Shown piece by piece: positions 39,104 through 50,381 of a stretch of DNA of 64,000 nt (positions are counted from its first letter, which is position 1; each line of letters opens with the position of its first letter). Made by a program: the position numbers and the translations under genes. A model generated the notes under the pieces. It made no database searches. It was not told the origin of the DNA and saw nothing but the letters and a program-made list of their open reading frames with translations. Source of the DNA: Nitrospirota bacterium. GTDB taxonomy: Bacteria > Nitrospirota > UBA9217. Location of the stretch: the NCBI GenBank assembly GCA_963754875.1, contig CAVWHO010000017.1, positions 162,254 to 226,253 on the forward strand. Direction: 5' to 3'.

Positions 39104-40882
39104 TCAGGCACCAGGCATCTGACTGCATTCGTTGAACACCCGGAGCCGGCAGACCCGGCACCGTTCGGGGTCGAGCCGGGGAACGATCGCCCGTATGGCG
39201 GCCAGCTTGGACCCCAGGATGTTCTCCTCCCCGATGCGCTCGGTATACCCTCCGCGATGAAGCGTCTCGACAACCTCCCCCTTTAACGAGCAGAGGTAGA
39301 GCTTTCTACCCTCCAGGTGCAGCCGGTGGGCCTCGTTCGCCAGGGTCTCGGCGCCGGCCACATCGATGAAGTTGATCCCGCCGCCGACGATCAGGATATG
39401 GGCCTGCTCGGGGTTCGCGCGCGTCACGGCGTGCAGTTCCTCGGCAAAGTAATTCACGGCACCGAAGAAGAGTGAACCGTCCACGCGCAGAATCTTGAGC
39501 TGCGGGCATTCGGGCAAGTCCATCCGCTCGATGTTGATGAAGCGCTGATGGTCGTCCTGGTGCTCCGGCACCAGCGTCACGAACCCGGGATGGGAAGTTC
39601 GGTTCAGGTAAAGCAGCAGAGAGAGCATGACGCCCACGTAGATCGCAAACTCCAGCTCCACGAGCAGCGTGGCAAGGAGGGTGACAGCAAGCACTGCTGC
39701 TTCCTGGCGGCTCGTCCGAACGATGGTCGCAATATGATGAAAGTCGATGAGGTTCCATGCGACGAGCAGCAGCACGCCCGCCATTGCCGGAATCGGCAGA
39801 TAGGCCGTGAGCGGCGCGATAAGGAGCAGAATGAGCAAAAGAGCAATTGCGGCGAACACGGCCGCCAGGGGCGTCCGCGCCCCGGCGTCGAAGTTAACGC
39901 CCGTGCGGGTGAAGGAGCCCGATGAGGCGTAGCTCGAGAAGAAGCTGCCGACTATGTTCGCCAGGCCCTGGCCGATGAACTCCTGGTTGCTGTCGATGCG
40001 CTGCTGGGACCGTGTGGCCACGGCGCGGGCAATGGAGACCGCCTCGGCCAGGCCGAGCATGGCCACGGCCAGCGCGGCCGGAGCGAGGCTGCGGATATTT
40101 GCCGTCGAGAGGTCGGGCAGCGAAAAAGGCGGCAGGTGCGCGGGCAGCGAGCCGACGAGGCGCACGCCATGCTCCTTTCCGTTCAGCAGGAGCGACAGGA
40201 GGCTTCCGATGACCATGGCGACGAGCATGCCCGGCAGCTTCGGAAGATAGCGCTTGAACAGCAGCGCGAACATGAGGGTAGTCAGGGCGATCGCAACAAC
40301 GACGGGATTAATGGCGGAGAGATGCTGCAGCAGGTCGACCCAGACATGAATGAACGCGTGACGCTTCGAACCGGGAACGCCGAGAAAGTTGCTGAGCTGG
40401 CTCGTGCCGATCAGGAGCGCAGCGCCCGCGGTGAAGCCCACTACGACCGAATGCGATACGAAGTTCACGAGCGCCCCGAGCCGCGCGACACCCAGGGACA
40501 GCTGGAACAGGCCGGCCAGGAACGTTATGGCCAGGACCATCTCGATGTACGACGGGCTGCCCACCTGCACGAGCGGGCTGACCGTCGTGAACAGTACGAT
40601 GGATATGGCCGTCGTCGGTCCGGATACCAGGTGGAAAGACGAGCCGAAGAGCGCGGCAATGATGGCGGGGACGATGGCCGTATAGAGGCCATATTCCGGC
40701 GGCAATCCTGCGATCATGGCAAAGGCCACGCCCTGCGGCAGGACAATGATCGCGCCGGTAAGACCCGCCAGAAGATCGCTGCGCATTGTACGACGGGTAA
40801 CCTGCGGCCACCAGTCAGCAGGCGGGAAGATTTTTTTGATCAGAGCAGCAGTGTCGCTCATAGTCGTTCCCTTCGGCTCCAT
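39104..40882 (-). CDS. SulP family anion transporter with STAS domain
   Basis: PQGVAFA..AGLPPEYGLY, SGPT, NQEFIGQGLAN, GSFTR. Confidence 0.95.
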   Translation of the reverse strand: MEPKGTTMSDTAALIKKIFPPADWWPQVTRRTMRSDLLAGLTGAIIVLPQGVAFAMIAGLPPEYGLYTAIVPAIIAALFGSSFHLVSGPTTAISIVLFTTVSPLVQVGSPSYIEMVLAITFLAGLFQLSLGVARLGALVNFVSHSVVVGFTAGAALLIGTSQLSNFLGVPGSKRHAFIHVWVDLLQHLSAINPVVVAIALTTLMFALLFKRYLPKLPGMLVAMVIGSLLSLLLNGKEHGVRLVGSLPAHLPPFSLPDLSTANIRSLAPAALAVAMLGLAEAVSIARAVATRSQQRIDSNQEFIGQGLANIVGSFFSSYASSGSFTRTGVNFDAGARTPLAAVFAAIALLLILLLIAPLTAYLPIPAMAGVLLLVAWNLIDFHHIATIVRTSRQEAAVLAVTLLATLLVELEFAIYVGVMLSLLLYLNRTSHPGFVTLVPEHQDDHQRFINIERMDLPECPQLKILRVDGSLFFGAVNYFAEELHAVTRANPEQAHILIVGGGINFIDVAGAETLANEAHRLHLEGRKLYLCSLKGEVVETLHRGGYTERIGEENILGSKLAAIRAIVPRLDPERCRVCRLRVFNECSQMPGA

Positions 40883-41444
40883 GCTTTTTCTCTTACCTTA
40901 ACCCGCTTCTTGCGGCGGCGATACCTACTAGAAACTATTATATCCTAAACCGGACGAGCCGGTACTACAAGAAATCTCCGACAATCAAGAGAGACACCAA
41001 CGGGATCATCAATCCCGCGACTTGGAATCCCTGGCTCCGGTTGGAGCAGCTCCACTAAACCAGGATGCACACAACATTAATACGTTACTTATGCACATTG
41101 ATGCAAATATGCCCTAAAGGCTACCCGTTATGCCAGTAGCTGGCAAATTTAAAAAGAAGAATTAATTTAGGTTTAATTCAGCGTGCAAAGACGAAATTAT
41201 TGAAAGTCTGCGGGAATACTGTCATTGAATGGAAGGATGTTTTAGTTCAGCGTGAACTGGACATTTTGCCGATTTGAGATAGTCTATCTCGAACGGAGGA
41301 AAATTCATGCGAAAAAAGGCGTCACAATACACAACCAGTACCGCACTGCTTCATTTACGCGATGTGTGGTGGACAATAGTAAAGGCGAAAAAAAATATCC
41401 TTGCCCTTTCAAAAAGTTTGACAGCAGTATCGATTTCTGCACAA

Positions 41445-42125
41445 CTATTCAACTTTAAACACATCAAGGATTGCATATGAGGCAATCGCGATGGTTAAAG
41501 CACAGACAGCTCTAAATAATTGGATAGGAAGTCCAAGAATGGGATTAATAAGCAGCCCCCCGAACACGGCATAGCACAAAAAACCAAATGCGGCGACGTT
41601 TAAACCTCTAATCAATTTCGGGATATTAGCGGCTTTCATAGTATTGCCAAGCTTGAACAGTACAAATGCGCTAAACGCCGACCCCACGATGCCAAAGCTG
41701 TAACGTGCGATAAGTCCCATTTGACTAATGTCAGAGATACCGAGGACAAAGATGGCCACTATGTATATCACGAATAGAAAAAATGGAATTGCTCTGACGA
41801 TACCTTTTTTTTCAGATTTGTACGTTATGAGGTTGATTGCAAACTGCAGCAAGAAGACAAAAGATAGAATCATCATTATTTGTCCTACGTAGAGAAGTTG
41901 GACAGATTCCGACATGGTTAAAGTCTTGCCGACGAATCTTGCCCAATCGGTCAGTTCTGCCGCACCATGCATGAAACCAAATACAACAAGCATCCAAAAC
42001 GATGACACTAAGGCAATGGCAGTAGTCTTTACAAGCTCCGTGCCAATAAGAGTCGCCATTACCATGAAACTTAGTCCGTAAACCAGAAAGATATAAAAGA
42101 GCGGCTGCGTGAAAAGTTTATCCAT
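41445..42125 (-). CDS. Stand-alone polytopic membrane sensor-like protein
   Basis: ~7 TM; YGLSF..FG.MHG..E..DW motif; GGAGG RBS. Confidence 0.6.
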   Translation of the reverse strand: MDKLFTQPLFYIFLVYGLSFMVMATLIGTELVKTTAIALVSSFWMLVVFGFMHGAAELTDWARFVGKTLTMSESVQLLYVGQIMMILSFVFLLQFAINLITYKSEKKGIVRAIPFFLFVIYIVAIFVLGISDISQMGLIARYSFGIVGSAFSAFVLFKLGNTMKAANIPKLIRGLNVAAFGFLCYAVFGGLLINPILGLPIQLFRAVCALTIAIASYAILDVFKVE

Positions 42126-42145
42126 ATCTCCTCCATGCCACAAAA

Positions 42146-42391
42146 CTAATCGAACGTTTCTAAAAGATTCTTCAAATCTTCATTTACCATCTTTGATTCA
42201 TTTTTTGATTCAAATAACGATACGGCTTTTGTAATGTTCTCAACGAGGATTTGCATATCGCTCTTATCCAGGCTTGCTACCGGTTTATTCATTTTCGCAA
42301 GATTGTTTTTTAGGATAGAGCCCGCAATAATTTTACCGATTTTCATAGTTAAAGCAGCTTCGACTTTTTTCAGAAATTCTTCCTGTTTCAT
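42146..42391 (-). CDS. Small helical hypothetical protein
   Basis: 81 aa, directly upstream of the membrane gene. Confidence 0.6.
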   Translation of the reverse strand: MKQEEFLKKVEAALTMKIGKIIAGSILKNNLAKMNKPVASLDKSDMQILVENITKAVSLFESKNESKMVNEDLKNLLETFD

Positions 42392-42526
42392 AGGCATTTT
42401 ATAGCATGAAAGCACACAGAAAGCGAGAAAAAATTGTTTTGTGAAATAAATGTTGTTTGCGGGATAATACTCTGGAAGGGGCGAGGAGAAATTGAAACCA
42501 TCCTAGGGGGGACAGCCCTACGTATA

Positions 42527-42976
42527 CTACGAATCCAGTACCTCCCTCATCTTTTTCAGCAGGTCCATCGGGGAGAGCGGTTTCATGAGAAATTCAACAC
42601 CTTTTTCGACGAGGTCCTCGGAAATTTTTTTATCGGCCGTATAACCGCTCACAAAAAGTGTCTTTATGCCGGGTTGAACCTTTTGTATCTCTCGATACAC
42701 TTCACGGCCGTTCTTTTTCGGCATGATCATGTCGAGGATGACGAGCTTGATGACGTCCTTATGCATCATGAACTTGTGAACGGCGTCTGCTCGTCCTCCG
42801 CTTCGACGACCGTATAACCAGCCTCCTTAAGCACCGTATGGGATAGCTGCCGCACTGTTTCGTCATCTTCGGCGACCAGCACGGTTTCCGTTCCGCCGGG
42901 AAATTTTTCTTCGGGAATGCCGGCGGTCAAAGTCGGGGGTTCAGCTTCTCTCTCGATCAGCGGCAGGTAGATCTTC
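42527..42976 (-). pseudogene. C-terminal fragment of hybrid histidine kinase (receiver)
   Basis: KIYLP..GTETVLVAEDD.. then frameshift near 42790 into ILDMIMPKKNG..SGY..KP; no 5' part. Confidence 0.75.
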
Positions 42977-43466
42977 TTTCTATATTATATAAGGATAGAT
43001 CATATATCGAAGAACCTAATACTCTAGAAGTGGTTAAGAAGGGGTATTTTAAGGGTAGGCGGAAAGTATCAGGTTTTGATCCATTTCTTACTGCCGCCAC
43101 GCCATGCGGCGATGTGGTCCACGAGGTCCGCATCCGGCTTATGCGCACCTGAGAGCTGTAAGCGAGATTCAAAATGGATGTCGTACTGTTTCCCGACGGT
43201 TTTATCGGCAAGAACAGGATACTTTAGGAAGATGAGGGGGGAAATCCGGTGTATTCCGCATCCTGGCATTATGTTCGATTACCTTCTCCTTTCTCCGGCC
43301 TTGCCATCCGGTCAATGAAGCGCTATCCTTGTCCATATAATACCGCTCTGCATTCGTCTTGAGGCAAAGCATCACTGGCAATTGCATAAGTTCATAGTTA
43401 GATCTCGAAGCGCACCGCTTTTCTTTTCAATATATCAATTTCATGATCTCTACAAAGGAGAGCTGC

Positions 43467-44111
43467 GTGAAAAACGAAAAAGAAAACGACGATAAAAAAG
43501 ATGAGACCAGGAACTATGCATCCTCGCCGGGGCTGACCCGCCGCGGTTTTCTGACAACCCTAGGGGCAGGAGCCGTGACCCTCGCGGTCTCGGACAAGGT
43601 CCATGCAGCGCCTGTTGCGGATGCGGAAATGACCGAACGCGGAGAGATGACGAAACTCGTGCTGCAGATCAACGGCCGCAAATACCGCCTGCTCGTGGAG
43701 CCGCGCTGGTCGCTCTTGTACGTGCTGCGCGAACAGCTGGGGCTGACCGGCACCAAGGTCGGGTGCGAACGCGGCGAGTGCGGCTCCTGCACCGTGCTCA
43801 TCGACGATGTCCCGCGATACGCCTGCATGACCCTGGCAGTTGAGGCCGAAGGAGCGAGGATCACGACCCTCGAAGGGCTCATGAAAGGCGAGGAACTCGG
43901 ACCTGTGCAGCAGGCCTTCGTGGAACAGGACGCTTTCCAGTGCGGTTACTGCACGCCGGGCCAGATCATGGCCGTCGAGGGGCTTCTGCGCAAGAACCCT
44001 CATCCGTCGACAGAAGAGATCCGAAATGGCATGAGCGGCAACCTGTGCCGCTGTGGTACCTACAAACACATCGTCAATGCCGTAAAGAAAGCTGCGGAGC
44101 TGAAAAAATAA
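43467..44111 (+). CDS. Xanthine/aldehyde oxidoreductase 2Fe-2S subunit with Tat signal
   Basis: TRRGFL; GCERGECGSC, QCGYCTPG, NLCRC. Confidence 0.95.
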   Translation: MKNEKENDDKKDETRNYASSPGLTRRGFLTTLGAGAVTLAVSDKVHAAPVADAEMTERGEMTKLVLQINGRKYRLLVEPRWSLLYVLREQLGLTGTKVGCERGECGSCTVLIDDVPRYACMTLAVEAEGARITTLEGLMKGEELGPVQQAFVEQDAFQCGYCTPGQIMAVEGLLRKNPHPSTEEIRNGMSGNLCRCGTYKHIVNAVKKAAELKK

Positions 44112-44364
44112 ATCATCATTACGGAGGCACAGCCTGCATTCGCGCGACGCGCTCATAAACGCTGGCCGCAGGCTGAGGCACGGAGAAAGAGAAATGTCCA
44201 AAGGTTGGCTCCGATTTCTTGCAGCGCACGCTACGCACGCAGAGCGTGTAAGATCCGAAATGAAAATTAAAGATTAAGCTTTGCGGCCTTCGCGCCTTTG
44301 CAAGAAGAAGTCTTTTCTCTGTGTTCTCAGTGGATACTGTTTTGAAGATATCGTGAGGTGGACA

Positions 44365-46695
44365 ATGCAAAAGGACGACAAAGAACTCTACTTCGCGCAG
44401 AACATGCCCGTGCCGGAAACACCGCTGCCTGCTCGCGGCGTGAAACCGTGGCAACTAACAAAGGTAGTGGGCAAACCATTGCCGCGCGTGGATGCGTACG
44501 AGCGTGTGAGCGGGAATGCGGTCTATCCCTCGGACGTGCTTCTGTCCGACATGCTCTATGCCGCCATTCTTCGCTGCCCCCACCCCCATGCCGTTGTGAA
44601 GGACGTTGATACGAAAGAGGCGGAAAAGATGATCGGCGTCCGTGCCGTGCTGACAGATGCGAGCAAGGAAGCCGACGTCCTGTGGCCCTGGTCGCCGGAT
44701 GTGAAGACCAGGCTCTTTGATCCGGAGTGCCGCTTCGAAGGCGAGGTTGTTGCCGCAGTGGCTGCAGAGACCTTGTACCAGGCATGGGATGCGGTTCGTG
44801 CCATCAAGGTGAAGTACGAAGTCCTGCCTTTCGTGTCCGATGAGCGAAGATCACTCGATGCAGGGGCAGCGCAGGTCCACACAACAGGGAATAAGATCAA
44901 AACGGACAAGTACGAGCGCGGCGACGTGGCAAAGGGCTTTGCTGAGGCAGATGTGGTGCTTGAACAGACCTACCGGAACGAGTGCGAGCTCCATACTCCC
45001 CAGGAGCTGCATGGCGGCGTGGCAAAGTGGGACGGCGATAGCCTCACGATCTGGGAGTCCACGCAGGGGGTGTTTGCGGTCCAGGCCCGGGTCGCTGAAG
45101 TGCTGCGTCTGCCGCTTTCGAAGGTACGCGTGATCGGGCATTATATGGGAGGCGGCTTCGGCAGCAAGCTGCAGGCCGACAAAGCAACCATCATCGCGGC
45201 ATTGCTCGCCAGGAAGACCGCCCGTCCGGTCAAGATGGTCCTGTCGCGCGAAGAGACCTTTCTTGCCGTGGGCAACCGGCCTCCGGGCACGCATGAAACT
45301 GAAAGCAGGAGTGAAGAAGGACGGTACGCTGACCGCCCTCGAGTTCAGCGGCATCGGCGAGCAGCGGCGCCTATCCCGCAGGCGGCACGGCGCTCATGGA
45401 CTGGCTGGTGCGCGATCTTTACCTCTGCCCGAACGTGCGCACCGAGACCACGGACGTGTACATCAACGCCGGACCTGCGCGGCCTTTCCGCGCGCCGGGC
45501 CATCCGCAGGGCGCGTGGGCGCTTGAGCAGATGCTCGATAGCCTGGCCGAGGCGATCAAGATGGATCCTGTCGAGCTCCGGCTCAAGAATATCCCTACCT
45601 TCAGCCAGGCGCGGCCGGGCAATCCTCCCTATACCACGACCGGTCTTCGGGAGTGCCTTGAAAAAGGCGCAGAGGCCTTCGGATGGAAGGAAGCGCGGAA
45701 AAGAACCGCTTTGAGACTCCGGCGACCGGCCATATCAGAAGAGGGGTGGGCATGGCCGCCGGCCTCTGGGTTGCCGGCGGGGGCAATCCCCCTTCCACGG
45801 TGATCGTGAAGCTCTTCTCCGACGGCAGCGCAAATCTCAATATGGGCGCGAGCGACATCGGCACGGGCACGAAGACCGTCATGGCCATGGTCGTTGCCGA
45901 GGAACTGGGCGTAAAGCCCGAAGCGCTCCAGATCGAGAATGCCGACACGGGCACGACGCAGTACGCAACGCCGAGCGGCGGCAGCAAGACCGTGCCCACG
46001 GAAGCGCCGACAGTGCGCGCTGCCGCGCTCAGCGTAAAACAGCAGCTCCTTGAGCTGGCGGCCCAGGACCTGAAAGCCGAGTGCCGGGGACCTGGAGCTG
46101 CATCGGGGATGAGGTCGTGTCTACTCTGGACCCGTCGAAAAAGATCAAGATCATCGAGTGTTACCGGGTCTCAAGAAGCGCGGGGTGATCGTGGGCGTCG
46201 GATACCGCGGCCCGAACCCCGAGGGCAAGGTGGTGAACCCCTTTGCAGCCCAGTTCTGCGAGGTCGAGGTGAACATGAGGACCGGCGAGGTCAGGATCAT
46301 CCGGTTCCTGGCAGCCCACGACAGCGGAAGGGTGATGAACCGGCTGACCTTCGACAACCAGGTCTTCGGCGGCATCGTCATGGGCATCGGCTTCGGTATG
46401 ACCGAGGCGCAGGATCCTGGACAAGAACCAGACCGGCAAGATGGTGAACAAGAACTGGCACGATTACAAAGTGCCGACGATGCTCGATGTTCCCGCGGAC
46501 ATGACGTCGCTGCCGATCGAAGTTCCGGACAACGAGGCCAATATCGCGGGTGCAAAGGGCCTGGGCGAACCCGTCACGATACCGACGGCAGCGGCCATTG
46601 CGAATGCCGTGTATCACGCAACGGGCGTACGCGTGACCGAAACGCCCATGAGCCTGTTGCGGCTTGCGAAGATGTTTGCGGAAGCGAAGAAGTAA
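44365..46695 (+). pseudogene. Molybdopterin-binding large subunit, multiply frameshifted
   Basis: GGGFGSK, FRAPG, DIGTG, GGS, QVFGG, AKGLGE motifs spread over several frames. Confidence 0.85.
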
Positions 46696-46724
46696 GAGCG
46701 TTTTGTGCCGCGGAGGTGCTCATC

Positions 46725-47702
46725 ATGCTTTCCAATTTCTCGTACATACGGCCGAAGACCTTGAAAGAGGCCTCAAAGCAGCTCGCGGGCGAAGGTGCGT
46801 GTCTTCATGCCGGGGGCACGGACCTGCTCGGCTGCCTCAGGGACCATGTCTTCGAGATCAATAAGATGGTAAGCATCAACGCGCTCAAAGAACTCAGAGG
46901 GATCAAAAAAACAGCTGACGGAGGCATTCGGATCGGGGCACTCACGACCATTTCCGAAGTCTCTGAGCATCCGGTCGTGCGTTCTCAATATTCGGCGCTG
47001 GCGCAGGCAGTTCGCGAAGTTGCGAGTCCCCAGCTTCGGAACCAGGGTACTATCGGCGGAAATATCTGCCAGAAGCCGCGGTGCTGGTACTATCGCGGAG
47101 ATTTCCTTTGCCTTCGAAAGGGAGGGGAGAAGTGCTTCGCCGTTGCCGGAGAGAACCAGTATCACTGCATTCTCGGAGGCGGACCGTGCTTCATTGTCCA
47201 TCCCTCGGACACGGCTCCTGCGCTCGTTGCGTTTGAAGCTTCTGTCCGTATCGTTGGCCCAAAAGGAACCCGGACAGTAGCGGTCGAGAAATTTCACGTC
47301 CTTCCGAGGGTGGACGTGCAAAGGGAGACCGTGCTCGAACCGGGCGAGATCGTTACCGAGATAGTGCTCCCGACCGCGCAGGGAGTGAAAAGCTCTTACC
47401 GCAAGGTGCGGGCACGCGCTTCCTGGGACTTTGCGGTCGCAGGTCTCGCCCTCGCGGTTAAGTTTAACGGCGATACGGTTGCCAGCGCGCGCGCCGTATT
47501 GAGCGGCGCCGCACCCGTTCCCTGGCGTTCCAAAGAAATAGAAAGTACGATCATCGGCAGTCGCCTGGACGAGTCAGTCGCGGCAAAGGCGGGAGAGGCA
47601 GCGATGATGAACGCACGTCCGTTGATGCAGAATGACTACAAGATACCGCTTTTCCGCGGCATGATCGAAGAGGAACTTCTGGCTGCCCGGAAAGCCTCCT
47701 AG
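46725..47702 (+). CDS. FAD-binding medium subunit
   Basis: AGGTDL, ASPQLRN.GTIGGNICQ.PRCWYYR, HPSD. Confidence 0.95.
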   Translation: MLSNFSYIRPKTLKEASKQLAGEGACLHAGGTDLLGCLRDHVFEINKMVSINALKELRGIKKTADGGIRIGALTTISEVSEHPVVRSQYSALAQAVREVASPQLRNQGTIGGNICQKPRCWYYRGDFLCLRKGGEKCFAVAGENQYHCILGGGPCFIVHPSDTAPALVAFEASVRIVGPKGTRTVAVEKFHVLPRVDVQRETVLEPGEIVTEIVLPTAQGVKSSYRKVRARASWDFAVAGLALAVKFNGDTVASARAVLSGAAPVPWRSKEIESTIIGSRLDESVAAKAGEAAMMNARPLMQNDYKIPLFRGMIEEELLAARKAS

Positions 47703-47901
47703 CAGGAACCTGGAAAAGGAGAGTCTTCAACGACTGATTTGACGGTCACGACGCCTGAAGATATTTATGAAAGTCAAGGGAATCAAACAGAAGAGCTTCG
47801 AGAAGATAGAGGGCCTGATCACGGGTCGTTGACGCACCGGGGCATTTCAATTTCACGTTTTCACGGACGTGTGTATCTCTACTCTAAAGGAGGGTTATGG
47901 T

Positions 47902-48183
47902 ATGAAGCGTTTTTTGATCGTAGTCGTGGCATCCCTGTTCGTAGCTTCCCTGGCTTTTGCCGGCATGAGGACGTATCAGGTAACAGGGCCGGTCCTGGAA
48001 TTAACGAACGACAAGATTACCGTGCAAAAAGGCAAGGACAAATGGGAAATTGCGCGCGATGCCGGCACCAAGGTTACCGGTGACCTGAAAGTGGGTTCCA
48101 AGGTAACGATCCAGTACGAAATGAGGGCGGCCAGCATCGAGGTGAAGGAGGAAAAAGGGAAAGGAAAAGGCAAGTCAAAGTAA
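47902..48183 (+). CDS. Small secreted OB-fold-like protein
   Basis: Signal peptide; YQVTGPV..GDLKVGSKVTI.Y. Confidence 0.75.
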   Translation: MKRFLIVVVASLFVASLAFAGMRTYQVTGPVLELTNDKITVQKGKDKWEIARDAGTKVTGDLKVGSKVTIQYEMRAASIEVKEEKGKGKGKSK

Positions 48184-48205
48184 AATAAAAATCCGTTCGT
48201 CGTCG

Positions 48206-48238
48206 TATTCTCCGGTAATACCGTATCGCCGGAGAATG
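48206..48238. terminator. Hairpin terminator
   Basis: ATTCTCCGG...CCGGAGAAT. Confidence 0.5.
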
Positions 48239-48425
48239 CTTCATCTTGTCAATCGGCGGATTTATGCAGGATTCTTTTCTATCGCCGATTCGACACGATC
48301 GGGTCCGGCAATCTGATCACGCAGGAATGACTTCCAGGAAAAGGAGAATGCCATGGCCTTACTTTACCAACTCAAAGAGGGGTTAACGGCGAAAGGGACG
48401 ACTGCCGGAGAAGGGAGGTATTGAC

Positions 48426-48869
48426 ATGCTGAAAGCCTTCAAGGATTTTATCATGCGCGGCAACGTGGTGGACCTTGCGGTCGGTATTATCATCGGCGCG
48501 GCCTTCGGAAAGATCGTTACGTCGCTGGTAAGTGACATCCTGATGCCGCCACTCGGCCTGATCGTGGGGAAAATGGACTTCAGCGGATTGTTCATCAACC
48601 TCTCCAAAGAAGCGTACCCCTCGTTGGCGGCGGCCAAATCGGCCGGAGCGCCCACTATCAACTACGGGGCATTCATCAATACGATTGTCGATTTTCTCAT
48701 CGTAGCGGCTGCAATATTTTTCGTTGTCCTGCAGGTCGACCGGTTGCGAAAACTGCATGAGATGCCGCCAGCGCCGAGTACAAAAGCGTGTCCCTATTGT
48801 CTGTCAGCCATTGCGATAAAGGCCACCCGCTGCCCTCACTGCACATCCGAGGTGAAAGAGGTATCGTGA
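48426..48869 (+). CDS. mscL: Large-conductance mechanosensitive channel with C-terminal CxxC..CxxC
   Basis: [26 protein letters not shown]. Confidence 0.95.
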   Translation: MLKAFKDFIMRGNVVDLAVGIIIGAAFGKIVTSLVSDILMPPLGLIVGKMDFSGLFINLSKEAYPSLAAAKSAGAPTINYGAFINTIVDFLIVAAAIFFVVLQVDRLRKLHEMPPAPSTKACPYCLSAIAIKATRCPHCTSEVKEVS

Positions 48870-49006
48870 GAAGGCCCCGTGGTTTACTGAATAACGGCAG
48901 GCATGTATATCCGCCTCAGGCTGCCAAACCATGTTGCAGGCCATGGATATGCGACAATATAGCTGCGCATAAAAACATGCTGAATCGTTTACTCAGCGAG
49001 AGGTGA

Positions 49007-49720
49007 TTGAATGCGCAAGATGATCGCAAACCTGCTGAAGATCCTGAATCCCTAAACCGATCGGTGCTATTCATGCCGGCCATTGAATCCTTTGACAGGA
49101 ACGTTAGTCAATACGAGCAGTGGTTCATCGATCATCCGCGCGCGTATGTGTCCGAACTTCGCGCGGTGAAGAAGTTTCTGCCAACAGGCAGCGGACTCGA
49201 AATCGGCGTGGGAACCGGCAGGTTTGCCGCGCCGCTCGGGATCACGAAAGGCATCGAACCGTCCCAGGCCATGGCCGCACTTGCGAAACGCAAAGGCATC
49301 GAAGTCTTTTCAGGAAAGGCTGAGGATATGCCCTTCCGAGATAGCGAATTCGACTTCGCGCTCATGGTGACCACGGTTTGCTTTCTGGATGACATTGATC
49401 TGGCGTTCCGCGAGGCCCATCGTGTTATCAAGCCCGGCGGCTCATTCGTCATCGGTTTTGTCGATCGCGAGAGCCCCTTGGGCAGGGAATACCAGAAGCG
49501 CAAGGACAAGAGCGTCTTCTACAAGGACGCGACCTTTTATTCCGTCGCTGAAATCGTAGACCATCTTGAACACGCCGGATTTCGCGACTTCTCCTTTTGT
49601 CAGACCCTCTTTAAGCCACTCTCGGACATGGAAGAGGTTGAGCCCGTGAAGGAAGGCCATGGCGCGGGTTCCTTCGTCGTCGTGCTGGGGAAGAAGGAAA
49701 AGCAGGGCCGGCTTTCCTGA
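49007..49720 (+). CDS. Class I SAM-dependent methyltransferase
   Basis: LEIGVGTGRFA, AEDMPF..FD, IKPGG; start may be 49073. Confidence 0.9.
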   Translation: MNAQDDRKPAEDPESLNRSVLFMPAIESFDRNVSQYEQWFIDHPRAYVSELRAVKKFLPTGSGLEIGVGTGRFAAPLGITKGIEPSQAMAALAKRKGIEVFSGKAEDMPFRDSEFDFALMVTTVCFLDDIDLAFREAHRVIKPGGSFVIGFVDRESPLGREYQKRKDKSVFYKDATFYSVAEIVDHLEHAGFRDFSFCQTLFKPLSDMEEVEPVKEGHGAGSFVVVLGKKEKQGRLS

Positions 49721-49957
49721 ACACACTCGTTCTTGCGGAGGCTTGTAGCAATTTCCGGCTTCGGATTGGCCATGCTCCTCGCTGCCTCTGCCCTTATCGG
49801 CCTATTCGAAAATCGAATGATACGCTTTCGATAATCATATAATTCCCTGGTTTCCCTTGCCCTTCATAAGCGATTCTAACGCTTCGTCGACAGCCTTTCC
49901 GGACCTATGCCATTGATTTTTCGATGCCGAAAACACCCATGCTCTCGTTCCACGCTC

Positions 49958-49973
49958 TGGCACGATAGATGCA
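49958..49973 (+). promoter_or_regulatory. sigma54 promoter
   Basis: TGGCACgatagaTGCA. Confidence 0.6.
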
Positions 49974-50029
49974 TTTTATCTGGCAGAAAAGCGAAACAGA
50001 GATTTGCTCACAAAAAAGGGGGTGGGTGT

Positions 50030-50149
50030 ATGAGGACGATCGGGATTTCCATATTATTAATCGTCTTATGGCTGGTAGTGTGCATGCCTGAACTTTTCAG
50101 CGCTCTGGAGTCTACGGGGTCAAGCCTGCAAATCGCCGTTCTGCATTAA
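50030..50149 (+). CDS. 39-aa hydrophobic peptide
   Basis: G-rich RBS; downstream of sigma54 site. Confidence 0.4.
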   Translation: MRTIGISILLIVLWLVVCMPELFSALESTGSSLQIAVLH

Positions 50150-50381
50150 GCCAGGGCCGGCGTTACGCAGGGGAAGCAGGGCAGGATGCCTGATCCGCGG
50201 TGACGTTGAGCGAATACAGCCCTGTTACGCGCAGGTGCTGCAGTATCTTGGCATCACTACCGGATAGGGTGTGATCGGGAATCTCTTTCGAAGAGCGGCG
50301 CGTCTATCATGTCCGGAGGGAGGGATCGGTGAGGGGAGGGATGAATGCGTTTCCTCGTGTGCAGGTGATTTGCCGCATGAG

